Position numbers and translations under genes: made by a program
Source: a bacterium
GTDB taxonomy: Bacteria > Electryoneota > JAOADG01
Length of the DNA stretch: 64,000 nt
NCBI GenBank assembly: GCA_026417415.1
Contig: JAOADG010000024.1
Span: 11,678-75,677 of the forward strand
Direction: 5' to 3'
Notes under the pieces: model-generated
Databases searched by the model: none
What the model saw: the letters and a program-made list of their open reading frames with translations, nothing else
What the model was told of the DNA's origin: nothing
Shown: positions 38,203 to 47,824 of the stretch, piece after piece
How the letters are laid out: the number at the start of each line of letters is the position of its first letter
Numbering within the stretch: position 1 is the first letter of the stretch

Positions 38203-40082
38203 AAAGAATAATCTATTGTTTTCTACTTTCTTTTTCCATCATTTTTCCAATAGTTGCTTTTTCTGAACCAATTCCTATTGATCAATTTGATCCAGAAAAA
38301 GATATCTCTGTTTCTTTTCAACCAAAAAAGTTAGAAAACAAGCCAATAGATACATTGCTGATCCAAATCCATGTTCCCAAAGGATATCACATCACCAGTA
38401 TAGATAACGGGTTCTTTTTCGTTCAAGTAAAAGAACAAGATGGCTTTCACTTTCAAAATCCAATTTACCCAAATCCAGTTTCTTTTGAGGGTGAGAAAGT
38501 ATTCCAAGGTTTAGTTAAGGTGAAAATCCCATTTCAACTACCGACCGAAATCAAAAAGAATAAATTCATTTTTGATGTAACGGTAGGGTATCAAATATGT
38601 GCGGAATTTGGTGCGAAAACTTGTTTTATGCCAGTTGAACGCGCTCTTAACTGGTCGGTTGAATTAATCAAAATAACCAATCTTCAAGTTCAAGAAAATA
38701 AACATGAAGAACCCACCAAACCAGACACAACGATCATCCAACAACCCCTTACCGAAAACACCATCCAAGCAACTCAAGTATCAAAAAACAACTCATCAAC
38801 CTCTCAAAGTTCTTTAGAAAATAGGTTCGTTGATGCACTACAGAAAGGGAGTGTGATTGCGTTCTTACTTGTGTTTTTAGGTGGCATATTGGCTTCTTTA
38901 ACTCCTTGTGTGTATCCCATCATTCCTATTACGATGGGCTATATTGGAAGTAAAAGTGGTGGGAAAAAACTAAGAGGGTTTACGCTCTCTTTGGCATTTG
39001 TATTAGGACTGGCAATTATCTATTCTCTGCTTGGACTATTTGCTGCATCTACAGGTGCATTATTTGGTGCATTTACACAAACCCCTGTGTTCTTAGCAAT
39101 CATCGGTACCATCATTGCAGTGATGGGAATATCCATGTTAGGCGTGTTTGATATACCTATTCCCGGATTTGCTGCTGAAGCACAAGCAAATCCCAAAGGT
39201 GGATATTGGGGTGCAATACTGATGGGAGGTTTAAGTGGATTGGTTGCTGCTCCATGTGTCGGTCCCATATTAGTAGCGTTGCTTGCTTGGGTAGCAAAAA
39301 CAGGAAGTATGGTATTAGGTTTCTTTCTTTTATTTACCTTTTCAATGGGGATGGGACTGCTTTTTATTGTGATTGGAACGTTTAGCGGTTTGCTCCAATC
39401 GTTACCAAAAGCAGGTGAATGGATGGTCGCTATTAAAAAAGCGTTTGGGATTGCAATGATTGCCGGGGCAGTGTTTATTGTACGATCCATTTTACCTGAA
39501 ACAATCTATCATCTGGCATGGGCTTTGATCTTAGCATTTACAGCCATTTTATTGTGGGGAAAACCGATTCAACCAGAAGATGAACTTTCCATTGGAATTG
39601 CATTCAGACGAGCGCTTGCCTTGATAGCAGCAGTACTAGCAATCTTATTTTTGACGTCTTCCTTTCCGATAGGAATAGCAAGTAAACAATTTTCAAATGA
39701 ATTCAAAAACGCTGAATCCATCCCTTCCCCAAAATCAGAAATGGCATGGAAAATCAATCAAGAAGAACAAGTATTCAATTCTGCAAAACAAAACAATAAA
39801 CGAATATTGATAGATTTTTATGCCGATTGGTGTGCTGCATGTGTTGAACTGGATCACTACACATGGGTTGATCCTAAAGTCCAAAGTGCGGTAAGCGATT
39901 ATGAATTGCTTAAATTTGATTTTACAAAACAGAGTCAACAAACCAAAGAACTTATGAAAAAATACAACATCTTGGGTTTGCCTACGGTGTTAGTTCTGGA
40001 TCCGAATGGAAAAGAGTTAAGCCGTTTTACTGGATTCAAATCCGCAAATGAATTTTTAACTTGGTTAGAAAGCGTTCAGTAA
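38199..40082 (+). CDS. dsbD: Thiol:disulfide interchange protein DsbD
   Basis: N-domain YQIC...TCF; TM domain LTPCVYPIIP and APCVGP; C-terminal DFYADWCAAC. ATG at 38199 overlaps the upstream stop. Confidence 0.95.
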   Translation: MKRIIYCFLLSFSIIFPIVAFSEPIPIDQFDPEKDISVSFQPKKLENKPIDTLLIQIHVPKGYHITSIDNGFFFVQVKEQDGFHFQNPIYPNPVSFEGEKVFQGLVKVKIPFQLPTEIKKNKFIFDVTVGYQICAEFGAKTCFMPVERALNWSVELIKITNLQVQENKHEEPTKPDTTIIQQPLTENTIQATQVSKNNSSTSQSSLENRFVDALQKGSVIAFLLVFLGGILASLTPCVYPIIPITMGYIGSKSGGKKLRGFTLSLAFVLGLAIIYSLLGLFAASTGALFGAFTQTPVFLAIIGTIIAVMGISMLGVFDIPIPGFAAEAQANPKGGYWGAILMGGLSGLVAAPCVGPILVALLAWVAKTGSMVLGFFLLFTFSMGMGLLFIVIGTFSGLLQSLPKAGEWMVAIKKAFGIAMIAGAVFIVRSILPETIYHLAWALILAFTAILLWGKPIQPEDELSIGIAFRRALALIAAVLAILFLTSSFPIGIASKQFSNEFKNAESIPSPKSEMAWKINQEEQVFNSAKQNNKRILIDFYADWCAACVELDHYTWVDPKVQSAVSDYELLKFDFTKQSQQTKELMKKYNILGLPTVLVLDPNGKELSRFTGFKSANEFLTWLESVQ

Positions 40083-40120
40083 TCTATTCGTATCACTTAA
40101 TTAGCAATTGAGGAATCAAT

Positions 40121-40441
40121 ATGGCACTACAACAATGGAATGACGAACAATTTGAACAAGGCATTCTATCGGAAATGTTGACGGTTGTTGATTTTAGCGC
40201 AACATGGTGTGGACCTTGTAAAAAACTTCATCCTATCATTGAAGAGTTAGCCAAAGAATATGAAGGAAAAATACAAGCAGTTGAAGTAGATGTTGGTATT
40301 GCACAAAAAACAGCTGCGAAATATAACGTGTTTAGTGTTCCTCAAATTATATTTTTCCGTGCAGGCGAGCGTTTAGCAACGATGAATGGTTTGCAGTCAA
40401 AAGGAAAAATTGCTGAACAAATAGAGAGATTGTTGGTTTAA
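40121..40441 (+). CDS. trxA: Thioredoxin
   Basis: 106 aa with DFSATWCGPCK. Confidence 0.93.
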   Translation: MALQQWNDEQFEQGILSEMLTVVDFSATWCGPCKKLHPIIEELAKEYEGKIQAVEVDVGIAQKTAAKYNVFSVPQIIFFRAGERLATMNGLQSKGKIAEQIERLLV

Positions 40442-40457
40442 TCATTAAGAGGATAAT

Positions 40458-40991
40458 ATGAAATATTTCAACCAATTCACTTATGTTTTGGGTACCCTAT
40501 TGATCATTTTATTACTGGTTATAGGGAATTTTAATTTTGCTTGTTCGTCAACTAAATCAAACGAGTTTCCTCATTTCAAAGTGACCACATTAGATGGTAA
40601 AGAACTCGATTCGAAAAAGTTAACAGAAGGAAAAGTTGCAATTATCAATTTCTGGGCGACTTGGTGTCCACCTTGTAGAGAGGAAATTCCTCATTTTATT
40701 GATTTGCAGAAAAAGTATGATGATAAAGTTCAATTTATTGGCATTTCTGTAGATCGTGATCCACCTGAGAAAGTGAAACAATGGACGGATAAAAACAAGG
40801 TCAATTACCCAGTTGCAAGAGTAGAAATGAATTTTCAGCAACCCTATCAACAATTGCTGCCAAAAGAGATGAGAGGTGGCATCCCATATACTTTTATCCT
40901 TGACAAAAATGGAAAAATTGTTGAGCGATTGGTTGGCTATCGAGATTATGAGTATTGGGAAAAAATGATCAAACGGTTATCTGCAAATTAG
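40458..40991 (+). CDS. TlpA/ResA-like thiol-disulfide oxidoreductase
   Basis: N-terminal anchor, NFWATWCPPCREEIP and GIPYT. Confidence 0.93.
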   Translation: MKYFNQFTYVLGTLLIILLLVIGNFNFACSSTKSNEFPHFKVTTLDGKELDSKKLTEGKVAIINFWATWCPPCREEIPHFIDLQKKYDDKVQFIGISVDRDPPEKVKQWTDKNKVNYPVARVEMNFQQPYQQLLPKEMRGGIPYTFILDKNGKIVERLVGYRDYEYWEKMIKRLSAN

Positions 40992-40995
40992 TTTT

Positions 40996-41024
40996 AATGG
41001 GTGGTGAAAGCCACCCATTCTTTT
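40996..41024 (+). terminator. Intrinsic terminator
   Basis: AATGGGTGGT-GAAA-GCCACCCATT-CTTTT. Confidence 0.8.
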
Positions 41025-41757
41025 GAACCACTGGATTTCTCAAATGTGGAAAAAGTTTTGGCTACTATTCAATAGACCACACAACCATCTTGAATTGGAT
41101 ATCCATCTATATCATTTTACACATCTTCGTATCAACCTATCCTCAATTTTAAAGGACCGATCTATTTTATCTTTTCAGAGGTTAACCGAACAATACGGTT
41201 ATGAAAAAGCCATTACCTTTATGCATGATTTAAAACGATACGATTTTTATACGAGTGGTAAAAAATATGTCAATTGTGTGATAGGTCGTGCACCTGCCAA
41301 TTATTTGTATCGTTTAAGTGGAAAGAACTGGAAAAACGAATGGATAGCATTTGAGATTGATACCAAACTCTTACATTGGAAAACATTTATCATTGCACCA
41401 AGCGGTGCAGCATCACTTGATGCAACATGCATACACGTTCATCCAGAAAATTGGAAAAAAGATATTCAAGTGTGCTTTCAAAAAACAATCCAAAATATAG
41501 AAAGACCAGTTGTGGAATTTGATTATGCTAAAGAAAGAAAATTTCCAAACGATGTTCCTACTCATCCCAATTGTGAGTTGTTAATACCCAATGAAATTGA
41601 ATCCACTTATTGGAAAAAAGTGATTACATATGATTATGCTGTCAGACAAACCGTACGTATTCTTTTTGAAAAGTGTGGTTGGAAAGAATTTCCCATCCAG
41701 GTAAACAAAGAAATTTTTCGTTTTCACCCCATAAAACTCGCAAAAGAAGTTGTATAG
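41023..41757 (+). CDS. DarT-like (DUF4433) ADP-ribosyltransferase family protein
   Basis: LYHFTH..NLSSIL...ILS, KRYD...YVN, FEID..LL, GAAS and PTHPNCELLIP..I occur in the order expected for DarT motifs. The start is TTG 41023 or ATG 41044. Confidence 0.7.
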   Translation: MNHWISQMWKKFWLLFNRPHNHLELDIHLYHFTHLRINLSSILKDRSILSFQRLTEQYGYEKAITFMHDLKRYDFYTSGKKYVNCVIGRAPANYLYRLSGKNWKNEWIAFEIDTKLLHWKTFIIAPSGAASLDATCIHVHPENWKKDIQVCFQKTIQNIERPVVEFDYAKERKFPNDVPTHPNCELLIPNEIESTYWKKVITYDYAVRQTVRILFEKCGWKEFPIQVNKEIFRFHPIKLAKEVV

Positions 41758-41769
41758 AGGAATCATTAC

Positions 41770-42495
41770 ATGAACGAAAAATCAAACAAAATAGGAATGC
41801 TTATCCTAGGAATATCTTTTATCGTGAGTGCTATTATTATCGCAGGCGCGTTAAAAAATATCCGTGCAACTTCAGAGACCATTACTGTCACAGGTTCTGC
41901 AAGGAAACCAGTGATGTCAGATTTGATTGTTTGGAAAATGCAAGTCAATGTTTTTGCTTCTACCTTACCCAACGCTTATCAAGAGCTGCTTAGTGAACGA
42001 ACGAAGGTAATGAACTTTTTAAGAGAGGCAGGCATTCCAGACACGAGCATTAACCTATCGCATCCTAACTCTTGGGTAGAGCGTCAATACTATGAAGGAA
42101 GAAACGAAAGTAGAGTGATAGGATTTAGATATGTTCAAAACATTTCTGTGCAATCATACGATATAGACAAAATCGAAAAGATTATCCAATCAGCAGATAA
42201 ATTGATCTTAAGTGGTGTCAGTATTGAAATGCAACAACCGGAATATTTAGTCACAAAGTTGTCTGAGTATCGGTTGTCTTTATTAGGTGAAGCCACAAAA
42301 GATGCTCAAGAACGCGCACAGAAGATTGCATCCGGTATCGGCAGTAAAATTGGAGCAATTCGATCTGCAAGAGTCGGTGTGTTTCAAGTTAATGCCCCAA
42401 ACTCAATGGAAATATCCGATTATGGAGTGTATGATACATCTACACGTAAAAAAGAAATTACTGCAGTCGTTTCAGTGAGTTTTGCTATTCAATAG
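41770..42495 (+). CDS. SIMPL domain (DUF541) protein
   Basis: N-terminal TM, ITVTGSA, ATKDAQERAQKIA, GVFQV, DTS..KKEITAVV. Confidence 0.9.
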   Translation: MNEKSNKIGMLILGISFIVSAIIIAGALKNIRATSETITVTGSARKPVMSDLIVWKMQVNVFASTLPNAYQELLSERTKVMNFLREAGIPDTSINLSHPNSWVERQYYEGRNESRVIGFRYVQNISVQSYDIDKIEKIIQSADKLILSGVSIEMQQPEYLVTKLSEYRLSLLGEATKDAQERAQKIASGIGSKIGAIRSARVGVFQVNAPNSMEISDYGVYDTSTRKKEITAVVSVSFAIQ

Positions 42496-43351
42496 TCGCA
42501 TCTTGGTCTTTATCGGCCAATCGTTTTTTAGCATCTTTTTCCGCTTGTAAAAAAAGTAGCCATAAAGCACGTAAAGAACGTTTCAAAATGCGAAATCGGT
42601 ATCTCCAAACTACCCATTTAGAAAAGTGTTTTCTACTAAAGTAACTTTCACAGAAAAAGTACCAATAGTCCAAATAGGGCGTTTTTTGATGGGCTTCAAC
42701 CCCCCCAGAGGTGGATCGCTTATGATAAACCAGGGCTTTAGGTTCAAACCAAATACATAATCCTGCACGGTAAGCACGATAACCAAAATCGCTATCTTCT
42801 CGTATGGCTATTCCTTGAAAATTTTCATCAAACAGACCAATTTTTTCTATCGCTGCTCTTGACACAGAAAAATTGCAACCTGTTACAATGTTTGTCGGAC
42901 CAGACCTTTCAGAAGTATCACTACCACTAAACTTCAAAGTACGATGTAACCAAGATGGATTTTTGGCAATAGTTTTAGTATTCGGTTCAAGTACTCTACC
43001 TTGAACCAAATCTGCACCCAATTGATGGCGTGATACGTGATGATGGATGAAATCCGATGAAAAAGTTACATCATCATCAATAAATACTAAGATCTCTCCT
43101 TTTGATAGTTTTATTCCTAAATTTCTTGCTTTGGTCAATGAAGCAAATTCTGGTCGGTGGTATTGGATTTGATCAGCGTGCTGTTGAATAAATGCTAAGG
43201 TATTAGGCGAATGATGTTGGGTTTGGTCAATCAAGATAATTTCAAGCGGTTTGTAGGTTTGACGGATAGCACATTGTAACGTTTCAATCAACTCTTGTTC
43301 TCGTTGATAAGTAGGAATAATTAAGCTAACCAAAAGAGAATTCGGTTCCAT
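42485..43351 (-). CDS. Glycosyltransferase family 2
   Basis: Motifs VSLIIPTYQR, ARNLG, FIDDD, GCNFS, GLFDE and EDSDF. Confidence 0.93.
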   Translation of the reverse strand: MEPNSLLVSLIIPTYQREQELIETLQCAIRQTYKPLEIILIDQTQHHSPNTLAFIQQHADQIQYHRPEFASLTKARNLGIKLSKGEILVFIDDDVTFSSDFIHHHVSRHQLGADLVQGRVLEPNTKTIAKNPSWLHRTLKFSGSDTSERSGPTNIVTGCNFSVSRAAIEKIGLFDENFQGIAIREDSDFGYRAYRAGLCIWFEPKALVYHKRSTSGGVEAHQKTPYLDYWYFFCESYFSRKHFSKWVVWRYRFRILKRSLRALWLLFLQAEKDAKKRLADKDQDATIE

Positions 43352-45021
43352 TATGCAATCAACAATGGTGGGGGTTCTTGGGTTTGTTTTCTACGAGAAA
43401 GATCTAACAAAGCCAATGGTCCAATGCGCCCAAGGAACATAAAAATCATTAACACAATCTGACTACTTCGTTCTAAGGTAGAAGTTACATTCATAGATAA
43501 ACCAACTGTGGACAGTGCAGATACCGATTCAAAAAAGTAGGCAAAAGAAATTGAATTTTGAAAAAGGCAAATAAGAGAAAACCCGATAAATAGCGAAACA
43601 AAATAAGCAAAAAACATTCCTAAGGCTCGTTCTTTCATTTTATTAACCCAATCTTTTGGGTAACCTACGATTAGTAAGAGTCCTATTGCAATACTGGTCA
43701 CTTTGAGTCCACCTGCTGTTGATGAAGCTCCACCACCTATCATCATTAAAAAGACAGTCCATACTAATGGGACCGTGCCCAATTTTGAATAATCTAAGTC
43801 ACTAAAACCAGCAGTCCTAGGAGTGATTGAACGAAAGATAGATCGAATTAAATGATCACCACTATCTGTTTGAATTGGAACAGAAAAATAAAAAAGGATG
43901 GTGCTCAGGATAATGATTATTAAAGTAGTGATGATAGTCACACGGGTATGAATATGACCACTGGACTGTCCTATGGACATTTTTGATACATCAAGGATAA
44001 CAGGAAAACCAATTCCACCCACTAAAATTAATGCTGAAAAAACTATCAAAGTTCTCGGTGCAATGTTTGATACTGTAGCAAGGGAATCACCATAGAACCC
44101 TAAACCTGCATTACAGAATGCACTGACAGAATGAAAAAGACAATTTCCTAACCGTTCAATAGGCAATAACGTTGGATCAGGCCAAATTTGAAAAAGCATA
44201 TATGTACCGGTACTTACCGTAATAATGGTAGATAACAGGACAGTTTTAAGCAGAGGAGCGACACGGACTTGAACATCTGCAAGGATATCTAAACCGATAC
44301 TTTTTTGTTCATAGATCATGCGTTCACCGGATAATATGCGCATTAAACCGATAAACGTGACGGGTCCCCAACCACCTAATAGAATCAAAAATCCGATGAT
44401 AGTTTTTCCGAATGGTGAAAACGTGATTCCGATATCAATCGTGGTTAAACCCGTTACAGCAGTCGCACTCACTGAAGTAAACAAGGCATCAAAAAAAGAA
44501 ATTTGAGTAGTGGGAAGTACAGCACCAGGACTAGATAAAAGAAACGCACCGATAAAAATGACCAAAAGGTAGGTTAATGCAAAGGTAGCAGAAAATTTAT
44601 TTTGTAAAGAAAACAACCAGGTGGCTAAAAAACGAGTTTCAGTAACGGCAAAAGCAATAGGAATAGAAATTAATAAATACAAGGACCATTTTAATAAAAT
44701 AGAACTGGTAGTAAGATCTAAACGTTCATCGCTTGCTGCAAGTACCAGTGAAATAGACCAAAATAGCACCAACCCAAATAAAGACAATTCAAGTTTTCGT
44801 GATTTCAAATAACTACTTCTAAACGGTCCTAAAATTCCATACAAATGAGTAAGTAAAGTTAAAATGACGGATAACGTACAGACGACTTGAACCAAAAGTA
44901 AACGAATGCCAAATTCAGGCCATCCTGTGTGGATTAAAGCAAGAATCAAAGAAAGAAATGAAATCACTCGAACAAATCGAAGATTGCTTTCGCTACGATT
45001 CAGAGTTGTGCTGTTCATCAC
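43351..45021 (-). CDS. TrkH/KtrB family K+ transporter membrane subunit
   Basis: Pore loops SATAVTGL, SAFCNAG, PRTAGF and SALSTVGLS; STAGGLK. Confidence 0.92.
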   Translation of the reverse strand: MMNSTTLNRSESNLRFVRVISFLSLILALIHTGWPEFGIRLLLVQVVCTLSVILTLLTHLYGILGPFRSSYLKSRKLELSLFGLVLFWSISLVLAASDERLDLTTSSILLKWSLYLLISIPIAFAVTETRFLATWLFSLQNKFSATFALTYLLVIFIGAFLLSSPGAVLPTTQISFFDALFTSVSATAVTGLTTIDIGITFSPFGKTIIGFLILLGGWGPVTFIGLMRILSGERMIYEQKSIGLDILADVQVRVAPLLKTVLLSTIITVSTGTYMLFQIWPDPTLLPIERLGNCLFHSVSAFCNAGLGFYGDSLATVSNIAPRTLIVFSALILVGGIGFPVILDVSKMSIGQSSGHIHTRVTIITTLIIIILSTILFYFSVPIQTDSGDHLIRSIFRSITPRTAGFSDLDYSKLGTVPLVWTVFLMMIGGGASSTAGGLKVTSIAIGLLLIVGYPKDWVNKMKERALGMFFAYFVSLFIGFSLICLFQNSISFAYFFESVSALSTVGLSMNVTSTLERSSQIVLMIFMFLGRIGPLALLDLSRRKQTQEPPPLLIA

Positions 45022-46183
45022 TTACAGAATATTTCCGACTTACAATGTACAATGTTTCAGAATCGTTCAGAAACCAATGAAGTGGAATCATTGCTTCTTC
45101 GCCTTCGGAATTAATGATATGGGCGTTAATCCAGCGCAACTGATCCAATTTCCAATCTTTATCTTTCCAATGGATGACAATATCTTGGTGGGTAGGATCT
45201 AAAGGAAGAATGACACTTACAATCAAACTCCTAACAATAGGAAGCGCTGCAAAAGCAACCACTAAAAATGTAGCGATAGGTAAAGCCCAAGCAATTGGTT
45301 CCGGTAATCCAATACCCATGGGTAATGAAAGAATGATTGCTAAAATCAATCCTAAACGATAAAGTTTTGCAAAACGTTTATCTAAGATCTCGCGTTCAAA
45401 CTCTGGAGTTAAACGAATCTTGATAAATCTCAAAAGTAAATAGATACCACCAAAAACAATTGCAAAATTTAAAATCCATTTTGCTAATGAACCAGTAACA
45501 CTAATTAAATTGCCAAATATTGGGAAAAAATAGTTTAAGAGTGCACGTGTAGTTGAAAAAAGGTACATCCATCCTAAAATTGCAAATAATATCAGAACCA
45601 CTACTCCTAAAGTGGTCAATATTTTCAAAGTAATTTCAATACTTTTTTTATTGTAATAACTTATTGATGTTTCAGAAAAACCTGAAGGGCTTTTGAAAAT
45701 AATTGCGTTTAAGTAACGCATAAAGCGTATCCAAGCGGCAGATAAAATCACAAGCCCTAATGGGATCACTACCAAAGCAAGCATTAATTTAGAAAGTGGA
45801 TCACGCGATTCTTTGACAGTTTCTTTGTTTAAAACGATTTCTCGCAAACGGAGTTCTGTTCGGTATGCTAACACCGAAGGATTATAGCCACTTTGTATTC
45901 CTTCGGAAGGTCCGAAAGCCCATAGAATCTGATCATCAGCCATAACAAAAGCCGAATCACCAAATTGACTTACATGAAGTGTTGGTCGTGGATCTTTTTT
46001 ATACCAATCATTAATACGCGCTTGAAACAATCGGGCGGATTCATCCAAACTTAAACCGGGTAAAGGTACAAAAATTGAACAGATGGTAGATGTTTCTAAG
46101 CGAACAGGGATACCGACTGAAAACGCAACATTTTGAAACATTTGAAAAAAAACTACAACTAAAAAAAACCGAAGGAATTTCAT
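44993..46183 (-). CDS. Hypothetical membrane protein (periplasmic N-domain plus TM helices, distant MscS-like architecture)
   Basis: Signal peptide from the ATG at 46183, about 5 TM segments and a short beta-rich C-terminal domain. Confidence 0.6.
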   Translation of the reverse strand: MKFLRFFLVVVFFQMFQNVAFSVGIPVRLETSTICSIFVPLPGLSLDESARLFQARINDWYKKDPRPTLHVSQFGDSAFVMADDQILWAFGPSEGIQSGYNPSVLAYRTELRLREIVLNKETVKESRDPLSKLMLALVVIPLGLVILSAAWIRFMRYLNAIIFKSPSGFSETSISYYNKKSIEITLKILTTLGVVVLILFAILGWMYLFSTTRALLNYFFPIFGNLISVTGSLAKWILNFAIVFGGIYLLLRFIKIRLTPEFEREILDKRFAKLYRLGLILAIILSLPMGIGLPEPIAWALPIATFLVVAFAALPIVRSLIVSVILPLDPTHQDIVIHWKDKDWKLDQLRWINAHIINSEGEEAMIPLHWFLNDSETLYIVSRKYSVSDEQHNSES

Positions 46184-46215
46184 AAATCGCCTCAGATAAA
46201 ACGATAAGAAGTAAA

Positions 46216-46243
46216 ATGACCACTTACATGGGCAAGTGGTCAT
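46216..46243 (-). terminator. Putative terminator hairpin after pepA
   Basis: ATGACCACTT...AAGTGGTCAT inverted repeat, followed by TTT on the minus strand. Confidence 0.6.
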
Positions 46244-46270
46244 CTATAAACCCAATATAGAAAATTAGAT

Positions 46271-47773
46271 CTATTCCCAATTCCTAAACATTTCAACTAA
46301 CAGTCGAACGCCAAATCCTGTCCCTAATTCTTTCTGATAATAAGGACTATTTTTGACATCTGCCGCAACTCCAGCAATATCAAGATGTACCCAAGGTGTT
46401 TCATCAACAAACTCTTTTAGGAACATAGCTGCAGTAATTGAACCTCCTTCTCGACCACCGCTATTTTTAATATCCGCTACAGTGCTCTTGATTTGTTCAC
46501 GATACTCTGAATACATCGGCAGTTTCCAACAGCGTTCACCTGTTCTTTCTCCGAATTCAATAATTTTTTGTGCAAACTCATCATTGTTCGTGAACAACCC
46601 CGCAGCTTGACGTCCCAAAGCAATGGCAATCGCACCCGTTAAAGTAGCTAAATCTATTACTCCTTTGGGTTTAAAAGTTGAAATTGCATAATGTAAAGCA
46701 TCAGCCAATACGATTCTACCTTCCGCATCTGTATTCACTACTTCAATGGTCTTACCGTTCATCATAGTAATCACATCATCTACATGGTAAGCCCCACCAT
46801 CCGGCATATTTTCTACAGCAGGGACAATGCTGATTAAGTTGATTGGAAGTTTCAAAGCCGATACGGTCTTAATCACTGAAATAACTACCGCTGCACCTGA
46901 CATATCATATTTCATAAAGCGCATATTTTCACTACTTTTCAAACTTAAACCACCACTATCAATACATAGTCCTTTTCCTATTAAACAAATGGGTGGATCT
47001 CCACGTTTGCCACCTAAATATTCTAAAACCAATAAATAGGGTGGTTCGGAAGAACCAGCACCTACCGCCAAGATACCATTCGCATTCATTTTTTGTAAAT
47101 CATCTTTTCCAAATGCACGAAAATTCAATTTATACTCTCGCGCAATCCCTTCGCAGGTTTTCATTAAATAAGTTGGTGTTACAATGTTGGGAGGGCCATT
47201 TTGTAAATCTCTTGCAAAAACAATCCCGTCTAAAATTGTCTCGGCAATTTCACCACTTTCTTCTAACGGTTTACGGTCTTTTGCTTTTTCAACGTATAAG
47301 GTAACTTCTTCAATATCTTTAATTTTATCCAAGTCCTGCGTTTTATACCGATTGAATTGATACAGTGCCATACCGGAACCAATCACAGCACCTTCTGTAA
47401 GTTCATTGGTACTGAGTTTATCTGCAGAACTTGGATCGATCAATATTGCAAATTTGCGTATCCCAGCATTTCGGGCATAAAGGGAAGCGCGTGCGACCTC
47501 TTTTCGCCAAATTTCAGGGGTTAAATTATCTTTTCCTAAACCCCACATCAAAAGTCGTTTGATTTTAGTGCCTCCGCGGCCGTAAACCATCATCCCTTCA
47601 CCACTTTTACCCACAAAGTCACCTGTAGTTAGGGCAGGTTGTAAAGTACCGCCAATTAAATCATCCAGTTGTAAAAATAACCCCTTTTTAGGATTAGTAC
47701 CTTCTTTCGAAAATACAACCAATAATGGAGTGGCTAAATCTACTAATGCACCACACGCATAACGGTATTCCAT
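46271..47773 (-). CDS. pepA: Leucyl aminopeptidase (M17)
   Basis: Motifs GKGLCIDSGG, MKYDMSG, NTDAEGR, ATLTGA and WVHLDIAG. Confidence 0.96.
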   Translation of the reverse strand: MEYRYACGALVDLATPLLVVFSKEGTNPKKGLFLQLDDLIGGTLQPALTTGDFVGKSGEGMMVYGRGGTKIKRLLMWGLGKDNLTPEIWRKEVARASLYARNAGIRKFAILIDPSSADKLSTNELTEGAVIGSGMALYQFNRYKTQDLDKIKDIEEVTLYVEKAKDRKPLEESGEIAETILDGIVFARDLQNGPPNIVTPTYLMKTCEGIAREYKLNFRAFGKDDLQKMNANGILAVGAGSSEPPYLLVLEYLGGKRGDPPICLIGKGLCIDSGGLSLKSSENMRFMKYDMSGAAVVISVIKTVSALKLPINLISIVPAVENMPDGGAYHVDDVITMMNGKTIEVVNTDAEGRIVLADALHYAISTFKPKGVIDLATLTGAIAIALGRQAAGLFTNNDEFAQKIIEFGERTGERCWKLPMYSEYREQIKSTVADIKNSGGREGGSITAAMFLKEFVDETPWVHLDIAGVAADVKNSPYYQKELGTGFGVRLLVEMFRNWE

Positions 47774-47806
47774 TGTGTTCTCCCTATAAAAGAAGATGAT
47801 GTTAAA

Positions 47807-47824
47807 AAGCGATAACTATCGCTT
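47807..47824 (-). promoter_or_regulatory. Candidate bacterial SECIS hairpin (may also act as a terminator)
   Basis: Minus strand AAGCGAT-AGTT-ATCGCTT. The stem starts 12 nt after the in-frame TGA, and loop position 2 is G. Confidence 0.55.

Noticed and set aside
41770..42495. SIMPL protein as the antitoxin of the DarT-like gene
   Set aside because: It is membrane-anchored and likely periplasmic, has no macrodomain or NADAR motifs, and has its own RBS.
869..46243. Recurrent short hairpins as a REP or CRISPR-like repeat family
   Set aside because: Their sequences differ from one another and they sit at gene 3' ends with T runs, as ordinary terminators do. There is no repeat-spacer periodicity.
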